A stretch of 64,000 nucleotides of DNA. Source: the human T2T-CHM13v2.0 reference genome, Homo sapiens. The position numbers were made by a program, and so were the translations under genes. The notes under the pieces are model-generated. The model was given only the letters and a program-made list of their open reading frames with translations. It had not been told where the DNA came from and made no database searches. Every line of letters starts with the position of its first letter. Position 1 is the stretch's first letter. The stretch lies in the NCBI RefSeq assembly GCF_009914755.1, contig NC_060934.1; one strand, given 5' to 3'. Positions 61,433-64,000 of the stretch are shown here, one piece after another.

Positions 61433-64000
61433 CTTTGTGGTTTTATCTACCTTTGGTCTGTGATGATGGTAACGTACAGGTTGGTTTTTGGTGTGGATGT
61501 CCTTTCTGTTTGTTAGTTTTCCTTCTAACAGACAGGACCCTCAGCTGCAGGTCTGTTGGAGTTTACTGGAGGTCCAGTCCAGACCCTGTTTGCCTGGATA
61601 TCAGCAGCGGTGGCTGCAGAACAGCCAATATTGGTGAACCACCTATGCTGCTGCCTGATTGTTCCTCTGGAAGTTTTGTCTCAGAGGAGTACCTGGCCGT
61701 GTGAGGTGTCAGTCCGCGCCTACTGGGGGGTGCCTCCCAGTTAGGCTATTCAGGGGTCAGGGACCCACTTGAGGAGGCAGTCTGCCTGTTCTCAGATCTG
61801 AAGCTGCGTGCTGGAAGAACCACTGCTCTCTTCAAAGCTGTGAGAGAAGGACATTTAAGTCTGCAGAGGTTACTGCTGTCTTTTGTTTGTCTGTGCCCTG
61901 CCACCAGTGGTGGGGCCTACAGAGGCAGGCAGGCCTCCTTGAGCTGTGGGGGGCTTCACCCAGTTTGAGCTTCCTGGCGGCTTTATTTACCTACTGAAGC
62001 CTGGGCAATGGCGGGCACCCCTCCCCCAGTCTCGCTGCCGCCTTGCAGTTTTATCTCAGACTGCTGTGCTAGCAATGAATGAGGCTCTGTGGGCGTAGGA
62101 CCCTCCAAGCCAGGTGCAGGATATAATCTGGTGTGCCATTTGTTAAGGCCATTGGAAAAGCGCAGTATTAGGGTGGGAGTGACCTGATTTTCCAGGTGCC
62201 ATCTGTCACCCCTTTTTTTGACTAGGAAAGGGAATTCCCTGACACCTTGCATTTCCCGGGTGAGGCGAAGCCTCGCCCTGCTTCGGCTCACGCATTGTGC
62301 ACTGCACCCACTGTCCTGCACCCACTCTCTGGCACTCCCCAGTGAGATGAACCTGGTACCTCCTCAGTGAGATGAACCTTGGAAATGCAGAAATCACCCG
62401 TCTTCTGCGTCGCTCACTCTGGGTGCTGCAGAATGGAGCTGTTCCTATTCAGCTATCTTGGCTCCCTGCTTTTAATTTTTATTCTTTGTTTTCTAAACAA
62501 TCCTGAGAGGAAATTGCAGAGATTAACCAGAAATATCTCAGCATTTATCTCTAAAGAGCAAAGTTCTCCCCTTACTGAAACGGTGTGCTTTAAAAATTTG
62601 TGGGTGGGTTTTTGTTTTACTATATTTATTATAAAAATATATTGCTTCTTTTTACAAAAAGTTGGGTAAAAATAATAGGAGAAGAGAGGGAAGATCATTA
62701 CCATCACCTAGCGAAAAATTGTGACTGTTTTGTTACATTTCATTTTAGTCTTTTCTTTCTGTTTGCTTATTTTTTGCTTTCATGTCATATACAAGGAATA
62801 TATCTGAAAAAGTTAAATAACATATTTTAACTTCCACTTAACAGCATCTCTCAAGCCAAAACAACACAAACACAAACACTGCTGGACCAGTAAGACCAAA
62901 AGATTCAGGGCAACAAGTCCAAAAATCAACATCAAGATTCCCTGGAACCCAAAAGTTTGCCTAGAATTGTGGCAGCAAATTGACACACAAAATCTTTCCG
63001 TTATATTATTCTTCGGAGTTTCAAGGCAACTCTTGGTTGATAAAATTGTAGCTTCAGCCAGACTAATCTGAATACCAGAATTTTCCACTGTGGCATCTAA
63101 TGGAAGTTATTGAAATGTCAAGGGAGCATGAGATGGGGTGAGCGTCAGATGGGAATTTTCTCAGTTGTATCATGGCAGATTAGCTGAATTCCTCTCTAAG
63201 TGCCTAGAGGACATTACCAAGGTAAGAGGAGAGTTTTAAAATGAACTTGAGGGCAATAAAGGGCATCAGATGATAAAAAATGAGTTGATGCAGTTTTGGC
63301 ACACATTCAAAACCTTCAGTGTTTCACTAGATTTTTTTTTTCATTATCATTGAGAATGCACTTTATATTTCCTGAAGGGAAAGTGTCCTCAAACAGAGCC
63401 ATTCAGAACACATTTCAAAGGAAATGAGGATATCATGTTACATGTATATTGACCTGAAAAGGCACTGCAGAGACAGGCAGAACTACCTGATTAAATAGAG
63501 TCTAGGGTTTTTTTTGATATTTCTCTCAGCCAAAACTCTATGGGAAGCCAGACACAGACATCTGAGATTAGAATAGTGCTCCAATGTGTAAGTTTATTAC
63601 CAACTGGTATGAGTTTTATAGACATGCTTGATAAAAGTCTGACAATTTTTTTAAATGACAAAACTTTTCTGAAAAAGCAAGAAAGGAAAAGTTTAGGAGT
63701 CCTTATGGTCTCTTATAACAGAAAAGACAAAATGTAAAATGAATATAATTTATTAACTTAGAGTCATGTGCCCTTCCAAACTATGGAAACAGGACCGCGC
63801 TTTGAAATTCTCTAGAATGGTTTTACATGACTACTCTTTTCATGGGTGTTGGAAGGAACAATTCATTATTATATGCATATACAATTAAAAAGATTAATTA
63901 AAGTAACAAATAAGAAATAAGAACTGCTTGTTCTTTGGGAAAGAGAGTTATTATTTCTCCTTTTTTGTAAATATTACGCTCAAGATCAAGTTTATGCTTT

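Larger units (their letters stand above)
56795..62466 (-). mobile_element. Near-full-length L1PA4-like element with internal ORF2 deletion
   Basis: 5' end gggagccaagat at 62466; ORF1 ATG 61432; 63-nt spacer 60342-60404; ORF2 ATG 60341; 3'UTR and AT-rich tail; 14-bp TSD tgcttttaattttt (56781-56794, 62467-62480); retains the ~129-bp 5'UTR segment absent from younger L1s. Confidence 0.96.

Overview
Primate (human-like) repeat-rich genomic DNA, intergenic or deep intronic. I found no credible protein-coding gene, tRNA, rRNA or CRISPR feature; all long ORFs in the track come from L1, Alu or LTR remnants or are chance ORFs. More than half the window is transposon-derived: 11 Alus, five solo MaLR LTRs (three with perfect 5-bp TSDs), two MaLR proviral remnants, several L1s, L2/MIR/CR1 fossils, and MADE1/MER5/MER33 DNA-transposon remnants. 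The L1s include a near-full-length L1PA4-like copy with a 14-bp TSD, a full-length L1PA15/16-like copy, a twin-primed L1PA5/6-like copy and old L1M fragments. I do not see a convincing new biological system. The best oddities are: (1) a proviral remnant with an ERVL-type (MLT2) 5' LTR joined directly to a MaLR internal region and MaLR 3' LTR; (2) an L1PA4-like copy with an in-frame, microhomology-bounded deletion of the RT catalytic core and damaged YY1/RUNX3/ORF0 elements; (3) a nested L1/L1/L1/Alu cluster; (4) a MADE1 hairpin with a compensatory substitution; (5) a chain of minus-strand non-coding exon candidates with a possible ETS/YY1 promoter upstream. Subfamily names come from recalled consensus diagnostics, not a database search. 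Boundaries of old repeats are approximate.
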